Shown here piece after piece: positions 16,338 to 24,385 of a DNA stretch of 32,000 nucleotides. How positions within the stretch are numbered: the first letter of the stretch is position 1; each line of letters opens with the position of its first letter. The position numbers and the translations under genes were made by a program. The notes under the pieces are model-generated. The model was given only the letters and a program-made list of their open reading frames with translations. It searched no databases and was not told the origin of the DNA. Source of the stretch: a bacterium (GTDB lineage: Bacteria > UBP7 > UBA6624 > JBBIMK01); assembly GCA_037444445.1 (NCBI GenBank), contig JBBIMK010000009.1, positions 1-32,000 of the forward strand. Reading direction: 5' to 3'.

Positions 16338-17078
16338 ATGATGAATGGCGAGGAACCGATTCGGCAGAGAACGCCTCTGCCAGGGAATCGCACCGAGGCA
16401 GCCTCGCGGATGGACTTCACCTTCCTCCGCCACGATGCACCTCCGGAAGCATTCCATCGGTTTCTTCAATATACTCTTTTCTATCCCTTCGCCTGCATTA
16501 TCGTTCCCCCGGCTTTATTCAACACTGCACGCACTTTTTATCAACAGCAGGGAGTTTCTAAACCCCTCGGCAGTGTGGTGGGTTTCCCTTTAGGATTTAC
16601 GCCCACTGAAATCAAGAAGGAGGAAGCCCGCTTCCTTCTCCAGAACGGTGCTGTGGAAATAGATATGGTGGGGAATCTTTACTGGCTGAAATCCGACCTT
16701 TCCCGATGGCAAAAAGAGGTGCAGGAAGTTTCTTCTCTGGTTCACTCTTATCACGGCGTGTTCAAAATCATTCTGGAAACTTCTCTGCTGACTTCGGAAG
16801 AAATTACTTCTGCCAGCCGGGCATCCATTCCTGCGGGTGTGGATTTTGTGAAAACCTCAACGGGTTATTTTGGCGGCGCTACTGTAAAGACGGTAGCCCT
16901 GATCCGGCAAGCCGTGGACAGGCGGGTAAAAATCAAAGCCTCGGGCGGAATCCGCACCCGTGAGAATTTTCTCCAGATGTTAGAGGCGGGCGCCGACCGC
17001 ATCGGCACCTCCCACGCTATCCCCATCTTGCAGGAATTTGAAGATTTTGAAAAACAAGATTTGAAACAGGTGGAATGA
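16338..17078 (+). CDS. deoC: Deoxyribose-phosphate aldolase
   Basis: MDFTFLRHDA (the IDHTLLKPDAT equivalent), GSVVGFPLG, EIDMV, FKIILET, the Schiff-base lysine context DFVKTSTGY, and KIKASGGIRT. Confidence 0.8.
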   Translation: MMNGEEPIRQRTPLPGNRTEAASRMDFTFLRHDAPPEAFHRFLQYTLFYPFACIIVPPALFNTARTFYQQQGVSKPLGSVVGFPLGFTPTEIKKEEARFLLQNGAVEIDMVGNLYWLKSDLSRWQKEVQEVSSLVHSYHGVFKIILETSLLTSEEITSASRASIPAGVDFVKTSTGYFGGATVKTVALIRQAVDRRVKIKASGGIRTRENFLQMLEAGADRIGTSHAIPILQEFEDFEKQDLKQVE

Positions 17079-17650
17079 GGCATCACACCATTAAAGCACT
17101 CGTGATAAAACGGCGCATTCTACCCGACGGAAGCAAATTTCTCACCCTTTTTTCGGAAGAAATGGGGAAGGTGGAAGCCGTTGCCCGGGCGGGGGCCAGG
17201 CCCTCCCGCTGGTCGGGCAGATTTGAACCTCTCCTCCTTCTTTCCCTTTCCCTCTTCGGCTCCCGCTCTCCCTACCGTATCACGACCGCTGAGGTGCTGG
17301 AAGATTTTCCAGCCCTCACTTCCTCTCCTCAAACCCTCCAGAAAGTGGCTCCATTCATCTTTCTTCTTACCCGTGCCTTCCCCATTCAAGACCCCTATCC
17401 TGACATCTTCTCACTCGTGCTGGAAATCCTCCACATATTGCCCGATTGTTCTCGCTCCGATTCCATCTACCTTTACTTCAACTATCGCTGCCTCCTTTCT
17501 CTTGGAGGCATTCCCCCAGAGCCTGCCCTTGCCCCGATAACCCTTCAAGAAATCTGTGAAAACCAGGTTCCCCTCCTGCAGGATGCAGGTTTTCATTCTC
17601 GTCTCCGCTCCGCCTGGCTCATTTCCTTAAACCTGAATCTCGCCCCCTGA
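17075..17650 (+). CDS. recO: DNA repair protein RecO (short form, no C-terminal zinc-finger region evident)
   Basis: 191 aa. The N-terminal OB-fold pattern ALVIKRRILPDGSKFLTLFSEEMGKVEAVARAGARPSRWSGRFEPL resembles RecO. ATGA overlap with deoC. It sits at the end of a phoH-ybeY-type cluster, as in Firmicutes. Confidence 0.72.
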   Translation: MRHHTIKALVIKRRILPDGSKFLTLFSEEMGKVEAVARAGARPSRWSGRFEPLLLLSLSLFGSRSPYRITTAEVLEDFPALTSSPQTLQKVAPFIFLLTRAFPIQDPYPDIFSLVLEILHILPDCSRSDSIYLYFNYRCLLSLGGIPPEPALAPITLQEICENQVPLLQDAGFHSRLRSAWLISLNLNLAP

Positions 17651-17678
17651 GTTTATCCAGAAAGTCCACGAACAAAAA

Positions 17679-17717
17679 GCACTCATTCAGTGCGTTTTCC
17701 TTCGGTTTTACCGAAGG
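17679..17717 (+). terminator. Two tandem hairpins after recO; candidate intrinsic terminator
   Basis: aaaaaGCACT-cattc-AGTGCgtttt (17679-17698) is followed by the perfect 7-bp stem CCTTCGG-tttta-CCGAAGG (17699-17717). Confidence 0.45.
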
Positions 17718-17743
17718 ATTGAAAGATGTAGCCACTTATGCAC

Positions 17744-17771
17744 TTGACAGAATTGGCTAATATGATAGAAT
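17744..17771 (+). promoter_or_regulatory. Strong sigma-70-type promoter for the SLH porin gene
   Basis: TTGACA (17744-17749), a 16-nt spacer, then the extended -10 TGaTAGAAT (17763-17771). SD GGAGGTGG at 17793-17800 lies 7 nt before GTG 17808. Confidence 0.6.
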
Positions 17772-17807
17772 AATCCATTGCAAGATGACAGCGGAGGTGG
17801 TTTTATC

Positions 17808-19394
17808 GTGAAAAGGTTGGGGCAGTGGGCAGGAATTCTCGTTTCTATCGGTATCTGGTGCACCACCCTGTGGGCAAAACCCGGTCCCTTCCCCGATGTC
17901 CCCATCGACCACTGGGCTTATGACGCCGTGGAGTATCTGGCTTCCAAAGGTTTTGTGGAAGGATACCCCGATGGGGAGTTCAAGGGGGACCGGACGCTGA
18001 CCCGCTACGAGTATGCCATGATTATCGCACGAATGGAGCGAAAACTCCTTCAGGAACTCAAGGAAATGGCAGGGCCATCAGCGGAAATCCTCTCCATGAT
18101 TCAGCAGATGAAGGATGAATTCTCTGCTGAACTGGAGGATATTAAAGCCAAACTGGCTTCCCACGAGATGCGGCTGGAAGATTTAGAGACCCAGGTCGGT
18201 GGATTATCCCAGCGGACGACTGCTCTGGAGCAGAAGGTGGAGAAGCATGAAGAAATTCTTGCCGCTCTGAAAAAGATTGATGTCTCAGGCTCCGCTTCCT
18301 TTGATTATATCTGGGGAAGCGGGCAGAAATTTAATCCCACCCTTGCCGACTTCTCTCAGTCGGATGTGGACTTCTCCTTCGTTCTGGCTCTCCATATCCC
18401 TGTTGCCGAGACGGTGACCCTGGATTCTAAGGTAACCACCCTGGGACCACTGGGGACGACGAACATCTATGGCGGTGCTGGCACCGACCCTCCCCAGCCC
18501 TGCCCTCAGGGCATCGGCAAGCCCTTTGACCCCCTCGTTTCCTATAACTGCATCACCTACGGGAAATATGATGTTTTCCGCACCGGCGATTATCGCCTCC
18601 CCTCCACCAACGACCAGACGAACAAAAGTTTTGACCTGAATGAAGCCTACATCACCTGGACGAAGGATTGGGGAAATATTCAAGCCACCTTCTGGGGTGG
18701 GAAATTCAACCCCCACTGGTTTTCCTCCCCACTGTTCTTCAACCCTTACATCGGATACGAAGGCTTCGGCGCCATCTTCAACTGGAGAAAGAAATGGAAC
18801 CTGACGCTGGTAGATATGCGGACCGAGGACTTTACACAGGGTGCCCTCCCATCCCTTAATGACACGGACCTGGAATTGATTCAACTTTCTTCCCAGAATC
18901 GGGCGGTAAAAAATCTTGACTTCTCCTTCGGCTGGGTTTTCTCCAATACTTCCGACCTTCGCCAGGTCATCTCTGATTCCCCGGAAACCTTCCTCACCCA
19001 TCTGGCTTATCGGATTCCCTACCGCCGCCCGCTGAAAATCTATGCCGCATTCGCTTCCAACGGTGAAGAATTCCGTGGCCCTCCCAATGCCAGCACGGAT
19101 TACGCCGATGACATCTTCGCCAACTCCTGGATGATTGGAGTGAAACTCCGAAAAGCCGAAAATATTCGGGATTGGGCTCTGGATGTCAACTGGAAGGATG
19201 TGGGGCTGAACACGGGCTTGCCCGGCTACTTTACCCCGGATACGAAATTCCTCACCGCTACCTTTTCCTACCGGGCGGCTAAAAATACCCTCTGGAGCCT
19301 CCGCATTGATTCCGGCACCTTCGGTGATAATGCCAGCATCCCCCGAGAGCCTACCGTTACCTCCTTCACCACAGGCGTCACCACCACCTTTTAA
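17808..19394 (+). CDS. SLH-domain outer-membrane porin (OmpM/SlpA/Som-like: signal peptide, SLH domain, coiled coil, beta-barrel)
   Basis: Signal peptide VKRLGQWAGILVSIGIWCTTLWA. SLH motif FPDVPIDHWAYDAVEYLASKGFVEGYPDGEFKGDRTLTRYEYAMIIARM. Heptad-rich linker (about aa 90-160). Alternating aromatic-rich barrel region ending in a C-terminal F (...GVTTTF). Track start TTG 17778; GTG 17808 is preferred on SD and signal-peptide grounds. Confidence 0.8.
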   Translation: MKRLGQWAGILVSIGIWCTTLWAKPGPFPDVPIDHWAYDAVEYLASKGFVEGYPDGEFKGDRTLTRYEYAMIIARMERKLLQELKEMAGPSAEILSMIQQMKDEFSAELEDIKAKLASHEMRLEDLETQVGGLSQRTTALEQKVEKHEEILAALKKIDVSGSASFDYIWGSGQKFNPTLADFSQSDVDFSFVLALHIPVAETVTLDSKVTTLGPLGTTNIYGGAGTDPPQPCPQGIGKPFDPLVSYNCITYGKYDVFRTGDYRLPSTNDQTNKSFDLNEAYITWTKDWGNIQATFWGGKFNPHWFSSPLFFNPYIGYEGFGAIFNWRKKWNLTLVDMRTEDFTQGALPSLNDTDLELIQLSSQNRAVKNLDFSFGWVFSNTSDLRQVISDSPETFLTHLAYRIPYRRPLKIYAAFASNGEEFRGPPNASTDYADDIFANSWMIGVKLRKAENIRDWALDVNWKDVGLNTGLPGYFTPDTKFLTATFSYRAAKNTLWSLRIDSGTFGDNASIPREPTVTSFTTGVTTTF

Positions 19395-19495
19395 ACTTCT
19401 TATCCCACCCTCATCCCCTACCTCTTCCCATAAGTCCTGCCCACAGAAAAGGTCGTCTCTATTTCAGCCATTCTTGTGTGTAAGGTATTAGAAGA

Positions 19496-20722
19496 ATGAG
19501 ATATCGTTTTCTTGTGGTGGGTGATGATGTAATTTCTCTTCTCCTTGCCAGCCGACTTCAGCAGTCAGGCCCAACCCTCCTCATCCGCTCCTGGGCTGGC
19601 TCTCCCCTGATGGAGATTTCCCATCGCCTCTTTCCTCTCCTTCCCCCTTTCTCCCTCCAAACCCTTTTACCTTTTTCTACTCCAGCCACGGGCATTTTGA
19701 TACACTCTGCCTTCCAAAATCAGCTTCACCCTCCAGCAGTCGGTCTGAAGATTCAAGGCGACCTTCTCACCTTCTTTCGCCACCTGGAACAGGTCTTCCC
19801 TCAGCAGGCTACAGTCCTTGCTTCCCTGCACCAGGATTTCTTCTCCCGCTATCCCGCCTTTCCACCTCACCTTCACGAATATCCCCTTCGCCAGATTTTT
19901 GAGCCCTTCAGCATCTACTTTTCACACCTTCCTCTCCTCAGTCTTTCTTTCCTTGCTCTTCGGAAATCCTTTCAGCAGTTTTCCCCCTCTCTTCTTTCTC
20001 TCGGTGAATTTACCCGAACCATAGAAAGGGAATTCCGCAAAGCAGGAGGTGAAATTGCAGAGTCCACCCGGGTTCACTCTTTTCTTTACCGGGGTGTTTT
20101 CCCTTCTGGTGTGTCCACCGTGGATGGTGAACCCCGTCACGCTCACTCTCTCTTTTTTGGGAACTCCCCCTTCCTCCATCAAAGGTTGAAAGCATTCTCC
20201 ACGGGGATTTCTCCCTTTTTAGGCTATGGAATCTTAAAAACTCCCTTAAACCCGGAGGTTTCATTCATTTTCCGGATTTTTGACCGGGATTTTCCTCCGG
20301 TGGAACAGAATTTCTTCTTTGCTTTTCTACTTCCCTGGGTGAAAGGGGAAGCGGAATATCCAGAAATTCGTGTGATTTTCGGCTATTTCAGTCGTGAAGA
20401 CCACTGGGCAGGCTCTGGTGAAAAAGTAGAAAAGCGGTACCGGGCAACCCTTCTGGAAGCGGTGTCTGAAAGTGTGGGCCAGGTGGAGATTCTGCAGTTC
20501 CTCACACCGCTGGAAGTTCGGAATCACTCGCTGTTCTACACTTTCCCCACGCCCACTTACCTTCCCGGTGAGATTTCCCTTTCACGCAGGATGAAGTTCC
20601 GTTCCGCATTTCCACCCGCCTGCCGCCTACTGATTTCACCCGAGATGATGACAGGGGAGGCGGGAGCGTGGATTCTGCAGGCTGAACGCCTGGCGTTGCC
20701 CTACCTGAAAGTCCCGATGTAA
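19496..20722 (+). CDS. Hypothetical protein with a phytoene-desaturase/amine-oxidase-like (CrtI-like) outline and a degenerate dinucleotide-binding motif
   Basis: 408 aa. N-terminal beta-alpha-beta pattern MRYRFLVVGDDVISLLLASRLQQSG, where GxGxxG is replaced by GDDVIS. Mid-region REFRKAGGEI...TRVHSF.....VSTVDGE resembles the substrate/FAD domain junction. The C-terminus LISPEMMTGEAGAWILQAERLA sits where CrtI has GAGTHPGAG. Weak RBS. Confidence 0.45.
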   Translation: MRYRFLVVGDDVISLLLASRLQQSGPTLLIRSWAGSPLMEISHRLFPLLPPFSLQTLLPFSTPATGILIHSAFQNQLHPPAVGLKIQGDLLTFFRHLEQVFPQQATVLASLHQDFFSRYPAFPPHLHEYPLRQIFEPFSIYFSHLPLLSLSFLALRKSFQQFSPSLLSLGEFTRTIEREFRKAGGEIAESTRVHSFLYRGVFPSGVSTVDGEPRHAHSLFFGNSPFLHQRLKAFSTGISPFLGYGILKTPLNPEVSFIFRIFDRDFPPVEQNFFFAFLLPWVKGEAEYPEIRVIFGYFSREDHWAGSGEKVEKRYRATLLEAVSESVGQVEILQFLTPLEVRNHSLFYTFPTPTYLPGEISLSRRMKFRSAFPPACRLLISPEMMTGEAGAWILQAERLALPYLKVPM

Positions 20723-20870
20723 ACGCCAGCGTCCCGTCGCCTGCAGATTTTTTATTGATTTCTCCTCCCCGGGAAATGCGGAAAGAAAGTCAAAAACAGA
20801 AAAAGATAGATTCTTTTACCTGTCCTTCCTACAAAAGATTGATTTTTTTACATTTCCTTTACACTATATA

Positions 20871-21157
20871 ATGCCAGTGAAGTTAAAGAGAGAAAGAAAC
20901 CGAAATTTTTCGTTTTTCCCATTTACCGACTCTCTCTCGTAGTAGCCGTTGGTGGCAGGCTTTTTTCCTATCTCTTTGCCATTTTATACCCCTTATTATT
21001 CGGGAAAAGGCAATTCCTTATAGCCAGGCGACTGGGATATGAGAGCATTCGGCTGGAAGAGCGTCCTGCACCAGAAGACCCCACTCGCCCCGATTTCACG
21101 CTCCCCGATGTGCCCATGCCCCCAGAACCCGAACCACCCCCTGCACCACCCCCCTGA
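20871..21157 (+). CDS. Candidate unannotated small membrane protein with a Pro/Glu-rich tail; needs a -1 frameshift, an indel correction or a non-canonical start
   Basis: The frame opening at 20843 is open to TGA 21155-21157: ...FFVFPIYRLSLVVAVGGRLFSYLFAILYPLLFGKRQFLIARRLGYESIRLEERPAPEDPTRPDFTLPDVPMPPEPEPPPAPPP. It contains no ATG/GTG/TTG. ATG 20871 (MPVKLKRERNRNF) is in the +1 register and meets it at the heptamer A_AAT_TTT (20903-20909). A hairpin plus T-tract lies downstream at 21204-21250. Confidence 0.3.
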
Positions 21158-21260
21158 AGAGGAAAAGAGGAGCATTCTACTTTTTTATTGCCGTTGTCAT
21201 CGCCTGTCCACCAGCATCCGCACAATTCTTGGGCAGATTTTCTTCTTTTGTGTAATCTTT

Positions 21261-22577
21261 TCAGTCTACCTCTTTTCTCTTCACGCCTTCTTTCAAGGAA
21301 TGAGCGTCAACGCTGTGGATGATGTGCTCAAAATCAGGGCTCCACTGAGAAGTATGGCACTGCCGGCATTGAGTCCTGCGAGGCACGCTTACTTTCACCG
21401 AGGGATTCAGGGTATGCGGAAGTGCAGGATTATGACAGGCTTCACATTGCACATTGATGAAGGTGGGCGTGTCTTTGATGTTCATAAACCCACCCGGTTT
21501 CCCAAATCCCAGAGTATGGCAGGTAAGGCATTCGGGGTTATATTCATCCCGTGTGGGAATAAGAGAATTGATGGCGCGAGCGTGGCGGGAAGAAACCCAC
21601 ATTTCATAGATTTTCTCGTGACAGCGCCGGCAGGAGAAAGCACCGGAATAATCTTTAGGTTTCCACCCCCGGCTTAACCCCAGGATTTCCCGCTGTTTCA
21701 TATACTCTTCCAGTAGAGGCAGAAGGGTCTTTGCATCTTCCTGCGTAGCCTTCACTGGATGCCATTTCACCTGCAGTTGGACAATGCTCCCGGCACGGAT
21801 TAGCATCACCAGCTCCGCCACCCCGAGTTGTGTCGCATTCCAGGACAGGATATGCACTTTACCGTATGATTTTGCGACGACAGGGGTATCTTTCTCCCGC
21901 ATATCAGGAATGCTTCCCAGAACCAGGTCCACCTCTGGATACTGGTTGAGCCATTTCATCACATCCTTCAGCCTGCTCTCGTGAACCAAAAGGGCGAGGA
22001 GATTACTTTCTGCTTTCAGCGTTTGCATGGCTTCTTCTAATTGTTGGGGATTTAGTGTAACATCCCCCATAGAAGGAATGCTTTTGGGGATGGCAGTAGC
22101 CACTCCGAGGACAAGTCCTCTACCAATCTCCTTTTTATAGATTCGGGGCAGGGTAGGGGATTCAATGTAAGTTCCGACAGCGGTGCACTTGCCTTCGGAC
22201 AGGGATGTCAGGATGCGGGCGCTGGTGAGAATTTCCTGCGGCCCCAGGGCGCAAACATCCACCCCTGCATCATCAAAACCCTGCCGAAATAGAGCGGCGC
22301 TCTGCTTCGCCATCACCAGGTCAGGCGGCAAAAAATTCCCCCCCTCCAGCGTAACCTGGATATTTCCCGCAGAGCGGAGCTCCTTTACTATCGCTACCTC
22401 TTTTACCCACCCACCCCCCGAACCAGAACTCAGGATTCTTCCGTCCTCCCCATAAAGCCAGAGAAAACGAACAGTTTCTGACCTGTAAATGCTACAGGTG
22501 GAAAGGACGAAGAAAATCAGGAAATAACGGCGTCTCCACAACAGATTCACGGGCAATGTTCCATTCCTGCTACCCAT
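21261..22577 (-). CDS. Membrane-anchored/secreted fusion: degenerate 5'-nucleotidase/metallophosphoesterase-like domain + C-terminal tetraheme cytochrome c (c554-like)
   Basis: 438 aa. N-terminal anchor RRRYFLIFFVLSTCSIY. Four CxxCH motifs: CRRCH (aa 316), CLTCH (350), CEACH (378), CRQCH (404), with W..S.HA and NVQCE.CH spacing typical of the c554/multiheme family. The N-terminal 300 aa follows the UshA-like strand/helix pattern. Confidence 0.8.
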   Translation of the reverse strand: MGSRNGTLPVNLLWRRRYFLIFFVLSTCSIYRSETVRFLWLYGEDGRILSSGSGGGWVKEVAIVKELRSAGNIQVTLEGGNFLPPDLVMAKQSAALFRQGFDDAGVDVCALGPQEILTSARILTSLSEGKCTAVGTYIESPTLPRIYKKEIGRGLVLGVATAIPKSIPSMGDVTLNPQQLEEAMQTLKAESNLLALLVHESRLKDVMKWLNQYPEVDLVLGSIPDMREKDTPVVAKSYGKVHILSWNATQLGVAELVMLIRAGSIVQLQVKWHPVKATQEDAKTLLPLLEEYMKQREILGLSRGWKPKDYSGAFSCRRCHEKIYEMWVSSRHARAINSLIPTRDEYNPECLTCHTLGFGKPGGFMNIKDTPTFINVQCEACHNPALPHTLNPSVKVSVPRRTQCRQCHTSQWSPDFEHIIHSVDAHSLKEGVKRKEVD

Positions 22578-22621
22578 TCTCCCTGGGAGTGAAAAGATGC
22601 GGAGAACGAAGGCTTCTTTCT

Positions 22622-22870
22622 TCAGTGTTCTATATCCTCTCGGGCTTCCCAGTAAGGGCAGTAGAAGGGATGGTCCTGAAGGAGCACCCGTCCATCAGAG
22701 TTTCTCATCACCGGCTCCATCATCGGATATTCCTCTCGCTTCCATCCTAAAAGATGGCAGGTTTCCTCTACACACAAAGTATCCTCCAGCCCTTGAACAG
22801 CATACCCGCGCTCTTGAATCTCAAAATGTCTGCAGTTGATGCAGTGCTGAAGGATGGGTTTCATACCCAT
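22622..22870 (-). CDS. Small Cys-rich hypothetical protein (82 aa) translationally coupled to fbp
   Basis: ATG 22870-22868 shares one base with the fbp TGA stop (TGATG on the minus strand). HCINCRHF...LCVEETCH...FYCPYW gives CxxC + CxxxxC + one further Cys. No family recognised. Confidence 0.45.
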   Translation of the reverse strand: MGMKPILQHCINCRHFEIQERGYAVQGLEDTLCVEETCHLLGWKREEYPMMEPVMRNSDGRVLLQDHPFYCPYWEAREDIEH

Positions 22871-23970
22871 CAGGATTCTTTCTGAAACCGGTCCTTCAGC
22901 CTTTCAATAATTTGTGGGATGGTGGTGTATTCCATATTGGGAAGGGAAAGGCGGTGGGGTTCAAAAGGTCCATGAAGGCGCATATAAGAGGCAATTTCAC
23001 CGGCAAAATAGCGGGAATTGTCAAAGGCAGGGTCGTCAAACAGGTCCACAGGACCCACCAGTTGCCCATTCGCCAGTTGAAATCCTGCAGAAATCACCCG
23101 GGGAGGTCCGTCAAATCGGCTGGTCTGGGCTTCCCGAAAGGGCACGGGGAAAAGGGGTCCAAAGTGGCTCCCCCGATTCCACCCTTCCACCAGATGAGGG
23201 AAGGCAAAGGCTTCCAGGATTTCCCCCACAGCAGGCAACCCGGCTTGCGCCCGAACTATCAGAACCGGGTCATCCTTCCCTACATACTTCCCCGCTATCA
23301 AAGCAAGTTTCTGCGTGGAGGCAGAGGCGCAAACCATTCCACCTCTGGTGAATACCTTCCGGACAAGATACCGCTCCACTGCTCCAATCAATGCCAGCAA
23401 ATCATACATCTCTTCCGGGCAGTTGAGGCGAATGCTCTGATTTTCTTCTATATCCAGGATTTCAAACTGGAAGCCATCGTGCATTTTGGGGTCAATCACC
23501 AGGCCAGCGGTGCAGAAAGGGTCGGCAAACATACGATATACAGGAAGATTCCAGGCGCCCGGTGAACATTTATCCCCCATAAAAATCACCACCGGCTCTG
23601 ATGGGCGTTCCTCTATTTCCATCTCCGCTACCCCCGGTCCTAAACCTTTCACATTCCCGCTGAAGGCATCTTTCAGAAGGTCCTGCCCTGCCCCATACAA
23701 CTTCAACTCCTTCGCCACCTCCGTGCATCCGACAAAAGTATCCCAGGCGATTTTGTGAATCTGCTCGCTATTTTCACCCATTTTATGAGTGAGAATCAAT
23801 TCCAGGTCATCCCCGCAGGACATCACACAAAAATCAACAAGAACCCCTTTTTCCTTGTGAGCCTGAAGTTGCTCCTCAGCGGTGTCAATCAGGTCTTCGT
23901 GGATATGCGAGTGCCCCACATACCCCCCCACATCTGCTTTAATCACACTCAGCGTTATTTTTTCAGCCAT
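22870..23970 (-). CDS. fbp: Bifunctional fructose-1,6-bisphosphate aldolase/phosphatase (class V FBPase, archaeal type)
   Basis: MAEKITLSVIKADVGGYVGHSHIHEDL... is the hallmark N-terminus of FBP aldolase/phosphatase, and the length of about 366 aa fits. SD AAGGAGGG lies 7 nt upstream of ATG 23970. The track start at 24090 adds 40 aa that are not family-like. Confidence 0.9.
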   Translation of the reverse strand: MAEKITLSVIKADVGGYVGHSHIHEDLIDTAEEQLQAHKEKGVLVDFCVMSCGDDLELILTHKMGENSEQIHKIAWDTFVGCTEVAKELKLYGAGQDLLKDAFSGNVKGLGPGVAEMEIEERPSEPVVIFMGDKCSPGAWNLPVYRMFADPFCTAGLVIDPKMHDGFQFEILDIEENQSIRLNCPEEMYDLLALIGAVERYLVRKVFTRGGMVCASASTQKLALIAGKYVGKDDPVLIVRAQAGLPAVGEILEAFAFPHLVEGWNRGSHFGPLFPVPFREAQTSRFDGPPRVISAGFQLANGQLVGPVDLFDDPAFDNSRYFAGEIASYMRLHGPFEPHRLSLPNMEYTTIPQIIERLKDRFQKES

Positions 23971-24004
23971 CCGGCATCCCTCCTTTCGTTCTTCGTCCAT
24001 ACTC

Positions 24005-24013
24005 ATTATAACA
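24005..24013 (-). promoter_or_regulatory. Extended -10 promoter element TGTTATAAT for fbp
   Basis: Minus strand TGTTATAAT (plus 24005-24013). The predicted start is about 28 nt upstream of ATG 23970. The -35 element is poor (GCGAAC). Confidence 0.45.
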
Positions 24014-24385
24014 AATTGTGGATGAGCGTTCGCAGTAACCCGCCCGAGATTTTTCCTCACTCTATGAAATGAAACTTTATCCCGACCCACTCGTGATTCC
24101 TGAAACCAGGTATGTCATTTTCTGATTATTCCTATTGTCTACTTCCTGAATTTCGTGGTTGAGGATATTCCTCACCTCCTTTCCATAAGAGGAATGGAAG
24201 AATACGCACGAGGGATTTTACCTGACCATTTGACTTTGGAATAATTTTGTAGTCATATTATCGTGCTCATGCTATGAGATTTGATAAGGGAAAGAGGAAG
24301 CCTTTTATGACAATGAGGGGGCAGGGAGAAAGTGGTAGGGTGCCGGGTTTTATCTCCTCCTTATGCCTTTGCTTTTCTATATCTA

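Noticed and set aside
20968-21677. Track ORFs 20968-21225(-) and 21039-21677(+)
   Set aside because: The first is a Gly/Ser low-complexity antisense read of the Pro-rich tail. The second is antisense to the heme-motif region of the cytochrome gene.
22556-22839. Plus-strand ORFs 22556-22750 and 22597-22839
   Set aside because: They are antisense to the small Cys-rich ORF, which is favoured by its start/stop coupling to fbp. Neither plus-strand ORF has an RBS. The minus-strand ORF itself is only moderate confidence.
23971-24090. 40-aa N-terminal extension of the fbp track ORF
   Set aside because: The family N-terminus is MAEKITLSVIKADVGG at ATG 23970, with AAGGAGGG 7 nt upstream. The extension also contains the predicted extended -10 promoter.
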